Source: the human T2T-CHM13v2.0 reference genome, Homo sapiens. Taken from it: a stretch of 64,000 nt of DNA. How positions within the stretch are numbered: position 1 is the stretch's first letter; every line of letters starts with the position of its first letter. The stretch is taken from assembly GCF_009914755.1 (NCBI RefSeq), contig NC_060933.1. One strand, given 5' to 3'. Below, in pieces: positions 16,519 to 31,484 of this stretch. The position numbers and the translations under genes were made by a program. The notes beneath the pieces are model-generated. The model worked only from the letters and a program-made list of their open reading frames with translations, had not been told where the DNA came from and ran no database searches.

Positions 16519-16889
16519 TGATATGGTTTGGCTGTGTCCCCACCCCAAATTTCATCTTGAATTGTAACTCCCACAATTCCCACGTGTCATGGGGGGAATC
16601 CAGTGGGAGGTGACTGAATTATGGGGGTGGATCTTTCTTGCACTGTTCTTGTGATAGTGAATGAGTCTCACAAGATCTGATAGTTTTAAAAACGAGAGTT
16701 TCCCTACACAAGCTCTCTCTTTGCCTGCTGCCATCCAGGTAAGACGTGACTTGCTCCTCCTTGCCTTCTGCCATGATTGTGAGGCCTCCCCAGCCATGTG
16801 GAACTGTAAGCTCATTAAACCTCTTTTTTAAATAAATTGCCCAGTCTCAGGTATTTTCTTTATCAGCAGCATGAAAACAGACTAATACA
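16519..16889 (+). mobile_element. THE1 (MaLR) solo LTR inserted in a MIR
   Basis: tgatatggtttggctgtgtcccc...gactaataca, TG...CA ends; MIR sequence resumes at ~16895-17065. Confidence 0.92.
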
Positions 16890-17290
16890 TATACTACCTA
16901 ATTCAATCTTCACACAAACTTTATGAAACAGGTGCTATTATGCCTGGTTTACAGACAAGGAAACTGAAGCCCAAGGTCATATAGCTGGTAAAAAGCAGAA
17001 TTAAAATGTTTGAGTTCAGCCTCTCTGGCTACAGAGCCTATGCCCTTTATACTATCCTAAACTGCCTCTCATATAAAAAAATATGAAGGGAAACGTAGTC
17101 AAACAAAAATGAAAAATCACCTCTAATCCTATTTTCCAGACAAAACTCTTTTTTTATTTAGATTACCAAATGTCTGAATAAACAAGGATATTTCTTATTT
17201 CCACTTAAATGTTGGTCAAAAACTAAGGTTTTGAAAGAAAACATGAATTAGGACTAGATGTGGTGGAATTATTGAATTACTCAAAACCTA

Positions 17291-17592
<302 letters not shown>

Positions 17593-18174
17593 ACCTACCA
17601 GTGTAGTATAAAAAAATTATCTCAACCTTAATCATACAGGACCACTAACTGAGCTCAAGGATTGGAAGTAGTGAGTTCTGTCTCAAGTCTCCCTGTGTCC
17701 TGGCTCCTTAGATGTAGTACTTGTGTCTTCAAGAATGCAGGCTGCCCTTCCAGGGTAGGAATGAATCAGACCTGGGAAAAGGACAGTATCGGAGGATGTT
17801 GAGTGAATGAGCCGGACTCCAGCCTGCCATCATGGAATGACTCTGATCGTTGTCAGCTCCTGCCTTCCAGAGGGCCCTTACCTGGAGGTCCTGATGACTC
17901 ACAGTCCAGTCCCAGCCCCTTCCTGAGCTCCTTTTGACCAGAGAAGCCAGTGGGCAGCTTGGCTGTGCACTAATCTCTTTGCTCACATCAGGTATGTGAT
18001 TTGTGAGAGTGAGTCCTGGCCAGTTGTGAGAGTTATGGCCCTCTGCTCTCTGACTGCTGCATTTTGATCTCCCCACCCCTGGCTGACCACTATATTCCCA
18101 GTGGAACTGGAAGCCTGCTCCAACTCTGTCTTTCTATGCCTTCACCACAAGAGCTCCCCCTACCTCTAACTCCA

Positions 18175-18484
<310 letters not shown>

Positions 18485-19234
18485 TTACACCTGTCCCATC
18501 CCAGGTTACGATGGATGGTGCTCTTTTACTGACTTCAAATTCGGGGTATGATCATTTATTATAAGGCAAGAAGAGCTACTCAGCTTAAGATACGTGAAAT
18601 CCCACTGTAAGGACAAGTCCGGTGTGACCAAAAGTAGTGGGCAAGCTGAGGCACACATGATGCTTCCCTTCTGGGACAAAAGAAAGGAATGAAACAGAGC
18701 CAGGACTGCCCATTTGGAGGGCACAGGCCTCCAGCTGCTTGCTTTTATAGTAGGAATTTTTAAGTATGTCATATTATCAAATCAGATTTAAAAAAATATA
18801 TGTTGCAATGTGTGTTCAAAGTAGCAGATTTTTACAGTGAAAAGCACTACTTTAATTGAGGGTGTCATTTCCCTCCATACCACACCCTCCCAAGTACCCA
18901 ATGGCGAAATTAGAATAGAATAGAAATGCGGTGGCCAACACCCTGTGGCCATCGGCAGCTGGCAGGACCCAAATGTGGGGGGTGGGGCGGGGGCAAAGAC
19001 CTGCCTCGGTCAGATTTCATCCCATTTAAGTCGGTGGAACTTTTCTTTTGGAGTGACTGTGACAAGTATTGGGCCCCAAGTTGTTTTATCACATTTTGGC
19101 AGAACCTAAAGTAAATCCCTGTCCTTTTAATCCCTTTAGAGACTTGAAAATTTTGCAGTCAGAGAGTCAGGCTCTGCGAATGACGGTGAATGAGATAAAA
19201 ATGTGATTACGATTTTCTACTTTATCCCAGGTTA

Positions 19235-19420
<186 letters not shown>

Positions 19421-21620
19421 TCAATTAGATCACAGCTAAGAAAAAGGAGCTCAACTAGGATTCTCCGAGATACCGAACAGTATCCCATAGTAACCCAGTA
19501 AACTTGAAGGAGCCAACAAAAAACAGAGCACTTTGGGGAAACAACAATGTTAGGTTTGCAAATTTAAAATTCAAATGCACTTAAATCTTTGCTCCCAACT
19601 CCAAGACCTACTGTGAAACGCATTTCAACGGCATTTCAACGCTAATCTGATAGAAGAGTGAATTTTCTATGTACCACATTAAAACAAAATACAGCGAAAT
19701 CCTTTTTAATGCATATGGGGTGAAAGAGTGACATTCATTACCAAATGTTCTACTAGAATACCCCAAAGGTAAGATATAAAGTAAAATACATTTGCTTTTG
19801 GGACACGCCTTCTAAAACGATGCATAGACATTGTTTCAAACCCAAATACTTTTCTGAAAATAACCGTCCTCAAAAACAAATTCCTGACTAAACCCTAGAT
19901 CCTTACTCATGGCTCTTTCAAAGCCACTTGCTCTCCTGCAAACTGCTAGAGCTGGGCTTTTTGTGGAAAGACAAGACTATGACACAATGTGTTGGTGGAA
20001 GTAAAGTACATATGCTCGATGTAGGTGACAGAGTTACAAATAGAATCAGTATATATAAGGCACCTTTTGAATACTCTATAATCATAACAAATCCCTAGCA
20101 GATTCTAAGATCAGTGTTCATCCGTTATCATATCAAAGGCGACCATCATTCTTTGGATTTTGACACTGCACACCACAGAGCAGAGCACACCAGAAACATT
20201 TCCCAAGAAACTTTATGAAAGCTAATATTTTATTTTAATGACATGCAGAGTGGAAACAGCACATTTTAAAATCTGAACTCAATTACCGCTCTTAAATACC
20301 ACGTCTTAAGAAAAAAGAAAAGCAAACTATCACAAAAGGAAACAATAAACTTCGCTTCTAAGGAATGCGGTTTTTCAAAAGGGACGTGGTGTAAAAATGG
20401 ACTTTTTTCCATCCAAGGATTGAAACATTTATCTCAATTTCCACTTCCTTTTGGCAGAATAACAGTAGCTGCTCTGAAGATGTGCCAAGCTCAGAATGAG
20501 GGCTGATGTCAGTTTGATCTCAGATTGCCTCTTTGCTCCGAGGCGAGTAGGTGGAGGAAATCTCTTGGGAAGACAAAGTGAACAGACACACAGGATTAAC
20601 TTTCCTGGTCACTCAATCGCTCTTACAGAGTACAGCTCTGGGGGTATTTACCCGGCTGCCTAAGCTGCCTCTTGTTAACTATTCCTCTCTCTTTGTGTCC
20701 ATCTGGTAAGGAACCACTTCAATAAGGTGAAACTGAAGGTGGCAAAAAAAGTCGAAGCACTCAGCATTTAGACCAGGATTCTACGATGCCAATAAAGTGA
20801 AACACAGTGTTTATTTTAGTCGTTTAAATTGAAGAATGCCTTTTCATAGTCTCTCCAACATGACCCTGTTAGACTATTTCACTCATTTGCTTTCCATACC
20901 TGCCATTTCTTCCTCCCAGTAAAACATAAAAACCCCCAACTTAGAGATGCAACACTGAATCTCAGATAAAACCTGTAAGTTAAATGATTTCCCTCTATGA
21001 GCTTTGGGAAAGTTAAGACAAAAGAATCAAAATTAATACCAAATGCATATAGCAGGAGTTCGACCACTCCCAGTGTAGGGGAGAATGAAGGAGAGTTGTA
21101 AGGAAATTCATTTGCATCTACCCGCTACAGCACGCCTAGAGCCTTGCAGTCTTAGATAACCAGGTTTTAAAAAAAATACAAGTAGCTGTTTTCCAGATTT
21201 TTCACAACACAGGAAAAGCAGGTGGTAGCTTGGTTCCACATGCGAGGAAACGCTAATTAGTGCCATCTATACATAGATCTACTAAAGAACATCTCATCAT
21301 CGTTTCATACTTGTCAAATGCCCAAAACTATCAAAGCAGCAAGCTAAAAAACTGTAATCCCAAATGACCAATAACCAAGGCAGAAGGTTAGGGAAAGTTA
21401 AGAGACAGTAAGCATTAGAAACAATATGAGAATTTATACCACAAGAATATCTTCTCTTTTGGTAGAGGGTTATCCTTTCATTGACCCCTTCTCCTCATAG
21501 GAACGTTACCATCTTCACTGAGCCTAAGTTTTCTCATTTTTGAACTGGGATTGAAAATGCTTCCTTTCATTGTTGTTGCAAAGGCTAAAATAAATAACCC
21601 GTGAAAGCACTTGCTTAAAT

Positions 21621-21787
21621 CAGTGCTTCCCAAACTTTAATTTACACCGGATCACCTGAGGATCTTGTGGAAATTCAGATTTTGGTTCAGTATTTCTGGG
21701 GAGGGTCCTGAGATTTTGCATGTCTAACCATCTTCCCGGTGATGCTGACCTTGTTGGTCCACGTCCCATGCTTCGTGTAGCAAGTGC
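21621..21787. mobile_element. MER5-type hAT MITE
   Basis: cagtgcttcccaaactt...gatcacctgaggatcttg...gtgatgctga. Confidence 0.75.
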
Positions 21788-22846
21788 TTCAGACACGTAA
21801 GGCATTCGAAATGTGAGCCCCATTGAACTAATCAGACGTAATTCCCCATGATCATGGGAAAATAGTGCTTCTTGTTATCTTGACCATGAAGGCCAACTGC
21901 ATCCAAAATTGGGTAACCCCACAAAACCAGGAAGGCCACAATGAAACCATCCTATCAGTTTCCAGAGTTCCTATCCTTAAGTCATAAGAAAATAAAGTTG
22001 CCCTAAGACAGAGTTTCTCAACCCTGGTTGCCCATAGAATCACATGAGAAACTTTAAAAAAATACAGATATCAGGGCCCTATCTTCAGAGATTCCAATTT
22101 GATGCCAATCCTTGGCTTTTGTTTTTAAGTTCCCTAGGTGACTTTAATAGAAATTGAGGCCCACTGGCCTACAGCATGCAATTAAATACCTACCTGTCAA
22201 GTGGGATAATATAATCTTAGAATTCTAAATGATAGAATATTCAGGTCATATTAAGTGACATATGCCAAGGTCAAAATTTAATAAATGATAGATGGGGTAT
22301 ACATAAACTTGGTTCATTATATATGCAAAAAATTTCCACTGCAAAATTATAAAGTACTTTTAGTACAAGATTCCTACTACTAACCCTTAGGCACACAGGA
22401 CTACTGAAGAAATAATATTCTTAGCTAAAAACACTTTAGCAGAGCTAAAGTGAAACATAATAAAGTCTTTATGTATATAAGAGTGGTAACACGGTCTCCA
22501 CAGTCAAATAAATATCATAGGAATTAGATGTGTATGTTCAATATGGATCACCTTTATTTTCTCTAGTTCACCTAGTCCAATTAAATATCTAATACACTTT
22601 TAGATGGGCCTCTTTGCATAGAAGCCTACATGTTTAGATTAAATCACTCAGTAAAATAACACAGCACTAAAGCAGTGAATATTTATGAGTTCTTGGGGAG
22701 GGAAAGTAAAAATTTCAGATTTTATTGATTGCCCACTTATGTAGTTATACATATAATATATATAATATATATAATATATATATAAAACTACCACCCAGGG
22801 GTCAAGTATAGACAATTATGACAATTAAGAAGTAAAAATGTATGCT

Positions 22847-23032
22847 GGCAGTTCTCAAGAGTGGTCTCTGGACCAGCAGCATCATAATTCCCTGGGAACT
22901 TGTAAGAAATGCAGATTATTTGGCCCTACCCCAAACCTACTGAAGCAGAAACTCTGGGAGTGGGGCCCAGCAATCTGTGTTTTAACAGGCTCTCCTGGTG
23001 ATTGTGATGTAAGCTCTTATTTGAGAACCATT
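22847..23032. mobile_element. MER5A hAT MITE
   Basis: gttctcaagagtggtctctggaccagcagcatc...ttgagaacca. Confidence 0.85.
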
Positions 23033-23739
23033 TTTGCCAGCCATATTGATCAGTGTTTAACCCTCACTATCACTTCTTTCTACCCCACCTTTAATAGAAG
23101 AATACAACCTGAGATCCTTTACTGCCAAGTCTTCCCAAAAACCTGCTTCTGGGATAAAATATCCATGGGAATTCAAGGGGCAGGTTGATGAGTCATCTCT
23201 CTATAGAATTTAAACTTCAGCTCTTATTTAAGTCAGATAATCTGATGCTTCATATTTAAGCTCCATTGTTTTGTCCTCTCATAAGATTTGCTGTTACTAA
23301 ATAGCACACTTTATGCCCCTAGCTTTCATTTTATAAGCATATGATGGAAGATGCTGCCCATGATAAGATGCAATGACTCCATTGTGAAGACAAAAAAGGA
23401 AACTGTGCTTCTCCTATGACACTGCTCTCATATCAAAGCCACAGAGGCTAAACTTACACATTGGGAACTCAGTCAAATTTGCATTAGTCCTTATAATTTC
23501 CATTTATGTGTATAAATCTAACTGCAGATTTAATATCATTTTACATATTTCCATATTTTCCCCCCATTTCCTAACCTATGCTTTTTTATAATCTTATTGT
23601 TTTTGGTCTATATACATAAGCTACCTAAAAACCTTTCTAGGATCTAGGCAGGGAACATATATGTTTGTAAATTATTTTTAAAACCATTTACTATATGTTA
23701 AATGCAATTTTCTAAATGATAACACATAAATTAACTTAC

Positions 23740-23791
23740 TGTTTGACTTCAGGTTTTATAACAGATGGATCTGTCAAATTTTCTCCAACAC
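23740..23791 (-). CDS. TRPM6: TRPM6 exon 37 (52 nt): GVGENLTDPSVIKPEVKQ
   Basis: cttttgag|GTGTTG ... TCAAACA|gtaagt; LTDP metal-binding motif. Confidence 0.96.
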
Positions 23792-23966
23792 CTCAAAAGA
23801 AGAAACAAAATTCGTTTAGCAAATGGAGATTTCATTTTCTTAGAAATTCAAGAAAATAATAATTAAATTCTAATTTCTTAATTTAAAACTCACAGTCACT
23901 CTGTAGTAAATTAAACATCATGAGCCCATACTTCACCACTAAGCAATACTGGCAAGTAAAAAATCT

Positions 23967-24270
23967 GGCTGGGCGCGGTGGCTCACGCCTGTAATCCCAG
24001 CTCTTTGGGGGGTGGAGGTGGGCAGATGACCTGAGATTAAGAGTTCGAGACCAGCCTGGCCAACACGGTGAAATCCCATCTCTACTAAAAATGCAAAAAT
24101 TAGCCGGGTTTGGTGGTGCATGCCTGTAATCTCAGCTACTCGGGAGGCTGAGGCAGAAGAATCGTTTGAACCATTGAATCGTTGAGGCAGAGGTTGCAGT
24201 GAGCCGAGATCACGCCACTGCATTCAAGCCTGGGCAACAGAGCTTAACTCTATCTCAAAGAAAAAAAAAA
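23967..24270 (+). mobile_element. Alu
   Basis: Full dimer with internal rearrangement at ~24160-24185. Confidence 0.95.
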
Positions 24271-24742
24271 AGCACGTAAAAAAAATCTGTACTTGTACCC
24301 CCAAATATATGAAGATACATAAAAACTAAATATAAAAAATTAAATATTTTAATTCTCAAAAATTCATGTAAATTAAATGCACTATAAAAATTGTTCAGAA
24401 ATGTTTGAAAATTTTAGTTAATGCACTGTTTCCCACAAACCCTCTGTTATAATAAACTTCTAGGCCTCAAATGATTGTTTTAGTGGTGTGTTCACAGTTA
24501 CTGATAGTGGCATCTGTCATTCATTTACCACTTGTATATAGCAGATATTCTAATTTTATTTTCTGTAATTCTCAGCAATTATAAAAGAAAAGTGTTATCC
24601 TCGTAGCCTCGTTTTACATTTTATCCTCATTTACATCAATGAGTACACTGATGTTCAAACCAATTATGTCATCTGTCAGAGTTTGCACAGTCCATACATG
24701 GTCAAAACAGGATTAATGCTGAGCCAAAGTTTGTGTTCCTAC

Positions 24743-24912
24743 TAGCTGGACTACAGGCATGTGCCACCATGCCCGGCTAATTTTGCACTTTTAGTAGAGA
24801 CCAGGTTTCTCCATGTTGGTCAGGCTGGTCTCCATCTCCCGACCTTAGATGATCTGCCCACCTCAGCCTCCCAAAGTGCTGGGATTACAGGCGTGAGCCA
24901 CCATGCCCGGCC
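24743..24912 (-). mobile_element. Alu, most of right arm and tail missing
   Basis: tagctggactacaggc...gccaccatgcccggcc. Confidence 0.9.
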
Positions 24913-25882
24913 ACATACTTATACTTTCATTCTACTTATAAACAGTAGAATAGAAACCACCAAATTCTTGATCTGGGTGATGGTTACACCTGTGTATTCA
25001 GTTGTGAAAATTCTTTGAGATGTATGCTTATGGTATGTGAATTTTCTAAACGTATATAAGTCTTCAATAAAATTTACCTTTGAAAAAAAGATGACACTAA
25101 AGCCTAAAAAGGTAACATAGGTGCAATGTAAAGCTAAAATTTATCAAAACAGGAATCAGCACCTAAAGTGAATCTCTTATAAAATACAAGTGGTGAGGAG
25201 GCTGATTTCCACTGATGGAAATGTTCCAGGCCAGCCAGTAAGATTTGGGCACAATCCAGCGATTTCTGAGATCATTCTCTAATCAACCATGCTTCTGTTT
25301 GCTTGAAAGCAACTAACCTTGTGGGAAGATTATTTTAAAATTATATAAAATTTGTAAATTTTAGTGTATTTCTACTTGTTGAGAAAACTCATGTTTTCTA
25401 GCTGGTATGTTTTAAAAAGATTTTTGCTATCGTCTGTAGGTTTTACAATATGCTAAACCTTTCATAAGAAAATGTAATCCTTATAGACTTTCACCCTATG
25501 AAACTGACTTCCTTAGAAAAATAACCTAGAGCTTGAAATTGGGTGACCTGGATACCTCCCTTAATCTCTTTGAACCTCAGTTTTATCATCTGAAATTGTG
25601 AATAATAATGGGCCTAATCTTACAGGGTTACTGGGAGGATTAAATTAACTACTGGACACAAACTGCTTAGCAAAGTGTCTGCCCCCTAGGAAGCTGAAAA
25701 AATGTTCAGTTACTTGTATTATTTTTCTCCTATCAAGAACTTCTTGTGAAGTGAAATTTTATTTCCTTATCACTAGTAAAATCATGTTTCTGATTGATTA
25801 TCTCATTTCCCTAAAGTGCTATGCTCCCTAAGGAACAGAACTCCTTATAAGAATGAGGGTAAAGAGTATCCACAAAACTTTA

Positions 25883-26355
<473 letters not shown>

Positions 26356-28409
26356 AGCAGCCCCAAGTACCAATCTGACTTCAAGAGAGTAAATGCTCAT
26401 GTCAGGTAATATGCAGCAACCCTTTATGAGGAACTCAAGATTGACATTCTGATCCCAACCATCATTGAGTACATCAATGAACTTGTACATTGGTAGAAAG
26501 AAGCTACCAATTTATGTAGCTTGGTGGAAATTTTTTTATGTAGTAGCAGAATTGATGATGATGATGATGTCGATGCCAATGCTGACATTCTGGAATCTGC
26601 TTTGTTGAATAAAAAAATTAATATCTCTAAAAATTAATATTAATATCTCCAAATTAATGTTGAAAAATACAATGAGCTAAAAAAATGCTATAAACCACTG
26701 TAATTTGAAATACAATTGTTTTTAATTCCTGTTGCTGGGAACTAAAGGTTGGATTTTAATGATGATGATTCAGGCCCTCACATGTAGGATTTTTTAAGTG
26801 GAAAGAGAGCAAAAAACTTCAGCATAATTACAAGTGATTGGAAATTGGTCAGGTCTCTCCTTAGAGTACAGTTTCTGACCTGGTGTGGCAGCTTCTGGGG
26901 TTAGTTATTGGCACTCCCTTGGAAGAAAGCAAAGAGAAGAAGAAAAGAAACTGAAAGAATAAACTGCTCGAGTATTTCACACTCCTTCTTTCTCTCAAAG
27001 CGGTAGGGAACCACAGCACACTGAGCAGGGCCTTCTTCTATAGAAGCTGAAGCTGCAGTCTCTCTGCAGCACCAACAGGACCACACAGCTGAGGGCGGAC
27101 TCCCTGCAACTGCAGATTAACCTCCATATTAAAGAGTCACACAGAGATTAATGCTTACAGCAACAATTACTAACATTTACTGAAGGCGGTGTATCAGGAA
27201 CTTGTCTCAATTCTTGCCCTTAACAACTCTATGGCTTAAGTGCCTAATACTATTTTCCCCATTTACAAATGAGGGAAGTGGGACTCAAGGTGGTTGCTCC
27301 TCCGTGTTATGCAGCTAATTCACAGTGGAACCAGAAGTCAGACTCCGGCATTGCAACTCCAGAGCTCCTCCTCCTAACTGCTGCTGGTGAGCCTCTGTCT
27401 CCACTTCCACCACCCAGACAATGTGCATTATCTCTCCAAAGACTAGAAATACAAATAAATTAAATACAATATAAAACTGAACTAAAACCATTAAGAGATT
27501 TTAAAAATACATTCTATTTTCCCTTTCCAACATGGTTTGGATTAAATATAATAATGCACGTAAACCTTTAGCCAAGTGCCTGGCACAAACGTAGTAAATG
27601 TTAGCTAGTAGTAGTGGTGTAACTGTTCATAATTACTATTATAGGATTCACATTCTTCCATACATCCAGGTCTAACCAATTGGCCAAAACTCTCTGATAA
27701 ATATCTCAAATTTCATAACATTCATTCTATGATGTCCACTCTTTCCTTCTTTGAAGGTCAATGTTTTGACATCGTTTATTTGGAGCGGCCTATTTCTGCA
27801 ATTCACATAATTGCCCATTAAAAGAATAAAGTTAATTCTCTTTTTCCCTCAAGACTGTCAACGCAGCATTTGTTCTGTTTAATGTTACTTTGGATTACTA
27901 AGAGACATAAAAATCCCCAAACATAAACATCATTAAACAAAAACCTATTCAAGTGGAATACAAAACACACTGAAGAGTCATCATTAATTCCTTAAAGTTT
28001 TTCTTTCGTTGTTTTTTTTTGTGTGTGTGTTTCTGTTTTTCCTTTTTAAACAACTCCACCCAAAACTCAAAGCACAAACAGTCAAATACAGATGAAAACA
28101 ATCAACCTCTCTCCAATTTGAGCTACAAAAATAGATGCCTTGGGCATCAATGCTCTGGGTTTATAGGGATCAGGTACTTGCTGGTCTAAAAGCTGAATCA
28201 ACTTGGTCATTTTAACTTTGTTTATATTGTTTCCTAAAATATTGGGTTTGAATTGAATTAAATATAATTCAACTGTGAGCAGCATAAATCTGAAAGGACA
28301 GAAGCACCTATATGTCATTTAAAAAATGCACTTATATGTAGTTTAAAAATTTGTGTCACATCCTTGAGCATGTGACACAAGTTTCAATCAAAGTACTTTG
28401 CAGTCTTAC

Positions 28410-28505
28410 CGGACATTGCTCATGATGCCCCAGGACTGTCTGCTTATCTCTACATTCTCCAACCTCCAAGCCTGGCTTTCAGCATAGAATCCCAGAACCA
28501 GAGAG
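28410..28505 (-). CDS. TRPM6: Alternative cassette exon 36B (96 nt), ALWFWDSMLKARLGGWRM* (stop at 28450-28452); likely the TRPM6t isoform exon
   Basis: Acceptor ttttcttgtcctgtctgactttcccag| and donor CCG|gtaaga. The 18 added residues give a 1943-aa protein, consistent with my recollection of testis isoform TRPM6t. Confidence 0.8.
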
Positions 28506-29456
28506 CTGGGAAAGTCAGACAGGACAAGAAAAAGGCCCAAGTTGTTTAAACAAACCATAAGATGGTTATACCCTCTACATATGAAACTCTTAAAAGAAAT
28601 AAAAGAACAGTGAAAAGAAAAGAACAGGGATGTCTTAAGAACAGCTTAAGTCTGCATCCTGGCTCCCCCTTAAGCAGCTGTGCAACTCTGGGCAAGTTAT
28701 TAAACTTTCTGGGCCCAAATTCCTATAATATTTACCTCAAGGTGCTGCTTCTAGGATTAAATGAGGTAACTTCTATGAACTTCCTGGACTAAATCTCTTA
28801 TTTAAAACCAAAGCCCTAGTCAGTGAGCCTAAGGACTAAACGTTGACCTCAATACATATTTTGTTCTGTCCCTGCAAGGAAAGCCTGCTGGAGATACTCT
28901 GTTTTGTGCCGCAGGATTATAAGTCACATGTGAGGTATTGATAGCCAGGAGATGTGCTGACCAAAGGCTTCCATTAAATAAGAGTGTGCTGTGTTGCCTC
29001 TCTCAGTCTGTGTATTTTCATGAACTGTTGTAACAAGGGACACAGCAAAGAGAGCAAGCTAAATTATAAATTGCTAAAGCAATGAGCTCAAAATCATGAA
29101 AAACACCCAGAATTTAAATGTTCCTATGTGTATAAATGCATGCCTAAATATTAACATAAGGCTAAGTGAAGTCATAAAACTGAAAAATTTGTTACAAAAA
29201 TCATTCCCCATTTTGCTCAAAAATTTAGATGTCTTTACATTTTAAATAGATAATCATCTGCCTACATTTTTCCCCCTACCTAAGTGGGAAATAACATAGC
29301 AGATTCCATGATTATCACTGTACAATGTCTCTGAAATAAATGTGCCCACCTCCCTTCAAAGCTAAATAGAGCAACTCCATATATTACCCATCCTGGTTCT
29401 TGCAAGATCTCTTTACACTTTGCCTCATGCTTGTTGTATCAAATCCTACATCATCA

Positions 29457-29735
<279 letters not shown>

Positions 29736-30421
29736 TCATCAGCAGGGAAGATTACCTAACTCTGGTATGATGCAGCCTCAATGCACATGCCCTTGCCCTT
29801 TCTATGGAAGGGATAGGATGCAAATATTGGGAATTTTTCTTTCCATGCTTACCCACCTCCCTTTGCTTTGAGGTAACTTTCCAACTCTTTTATGAGTACC
29901 AGACCCAACTCTTCTTGCTGTGCTCTATAAAGTTCCTTGTAAATGAAAGAATGAAGCTTTACTCTGTCCAGCACCAAATTATGATCTGTGTCTCAATAAA
30001 TGAATGCAAGTGTATGAAGACACTCAAGTGAAAGTAACATGAGTTTATTCTTACAAAATTCCTACTTTCTATAAGATATTGGGGGAAGAGACCATGCTTA
30101 CAATAAGAATAATTTTTCTACCATAATGCCCCTGGACATTAATAACACCCAAGATCTGTCTGTTTCCCATAACTGAAATCTTAGTTACAGCCTCTGAACC
30201 TCTTTTTTCCACTCATGTTTAAGTCCAGTGATTAACACCAAGGTATCTCTGGGGTCTCTAATTCTCCTTTTGCCAGTCTCCGAAATTATGGAAGGAAGAA
30301 TCCAAAAATAAGATCATGGGGAATTTCCCCATGGATAAGATTTCTCATGAGTAATGGGCTGAGAAGACGTGATAGAAATTCCTACTTGAAACAAAGGGCC
30401 AAGGTGCCAAGATTTTCTTAC

Positions 30422-30504
30422 CTTGGTGTGTAGGGTATGGTTTGTGGTTTCACTTGGTTGAAGGTATAGATCAATTTTTGAGCAGCTCTTTGTTGTTGAA
30501 TTTC
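30422..30504 (-). CDS. TRPM6: TRPM6 exon 35 (83 nt): EIQQQRAAQKLIYTFNQVKPQTIPYTPR
   Basis: tttgtag|GAAATT ... ACCAAG|gtaaga. Confidence 0.96.
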
Positions 30505-30753
30505 CTACAAAATAGGGAGCACTGATAAAAATACTGATTTACTGTTGTACAGCTATGATCATGAAATTACTATAGGCTACCCCAATGTGATTTTTAGCCT
30601 TATTCAACTCCCACCACTGCCTGCCCCAAAAGCAAAAGTCCTACAAAGCAATACTACCTCTAAAAAATAATAGGCTCCCCTTTGGGTTGAGGATAATGGC
30701 CTTAGATAAGGATGTAGCCAGATCTCTTTTCTTTGACTTGTCCCTCTGGGCTA

Positions 30754-31083
<330 letters not shown>

Positions 31084-31484
31084 CTAGGAATTCAATAAGA
31101 TTGCCATGTCTGTGACATGAATAGTATCCTAAATATCAATGCAGAATCAGTTCAGTTACCCAAATGACCAGAGGAGAATGGGACTAGCAGGGAACAGAAC
31201 AGAATAAGGACATGTATCAGGCTGGCCATGTTTCCATGTTATTTATTGTCTAGTAGATGTGGGGAAGGGGAGAAGGGACAAATATCAGAGGATACAAAAG
31301 AATTAAGCTGTTCTTACTGTAGACTATAACTGGACAAAAACAAAGTGGTAAGGATATGCTTCTTTTGTTAAAGACAAATACTTCTAAAGAGACGGTTTAA
31401 CCTGATGGTGTTGCTTATTATCATCCTCCTAAGGAGCCTAATTAGACATTCTTTTCTAATTGTTCTTCTCACAACCTATTAATA

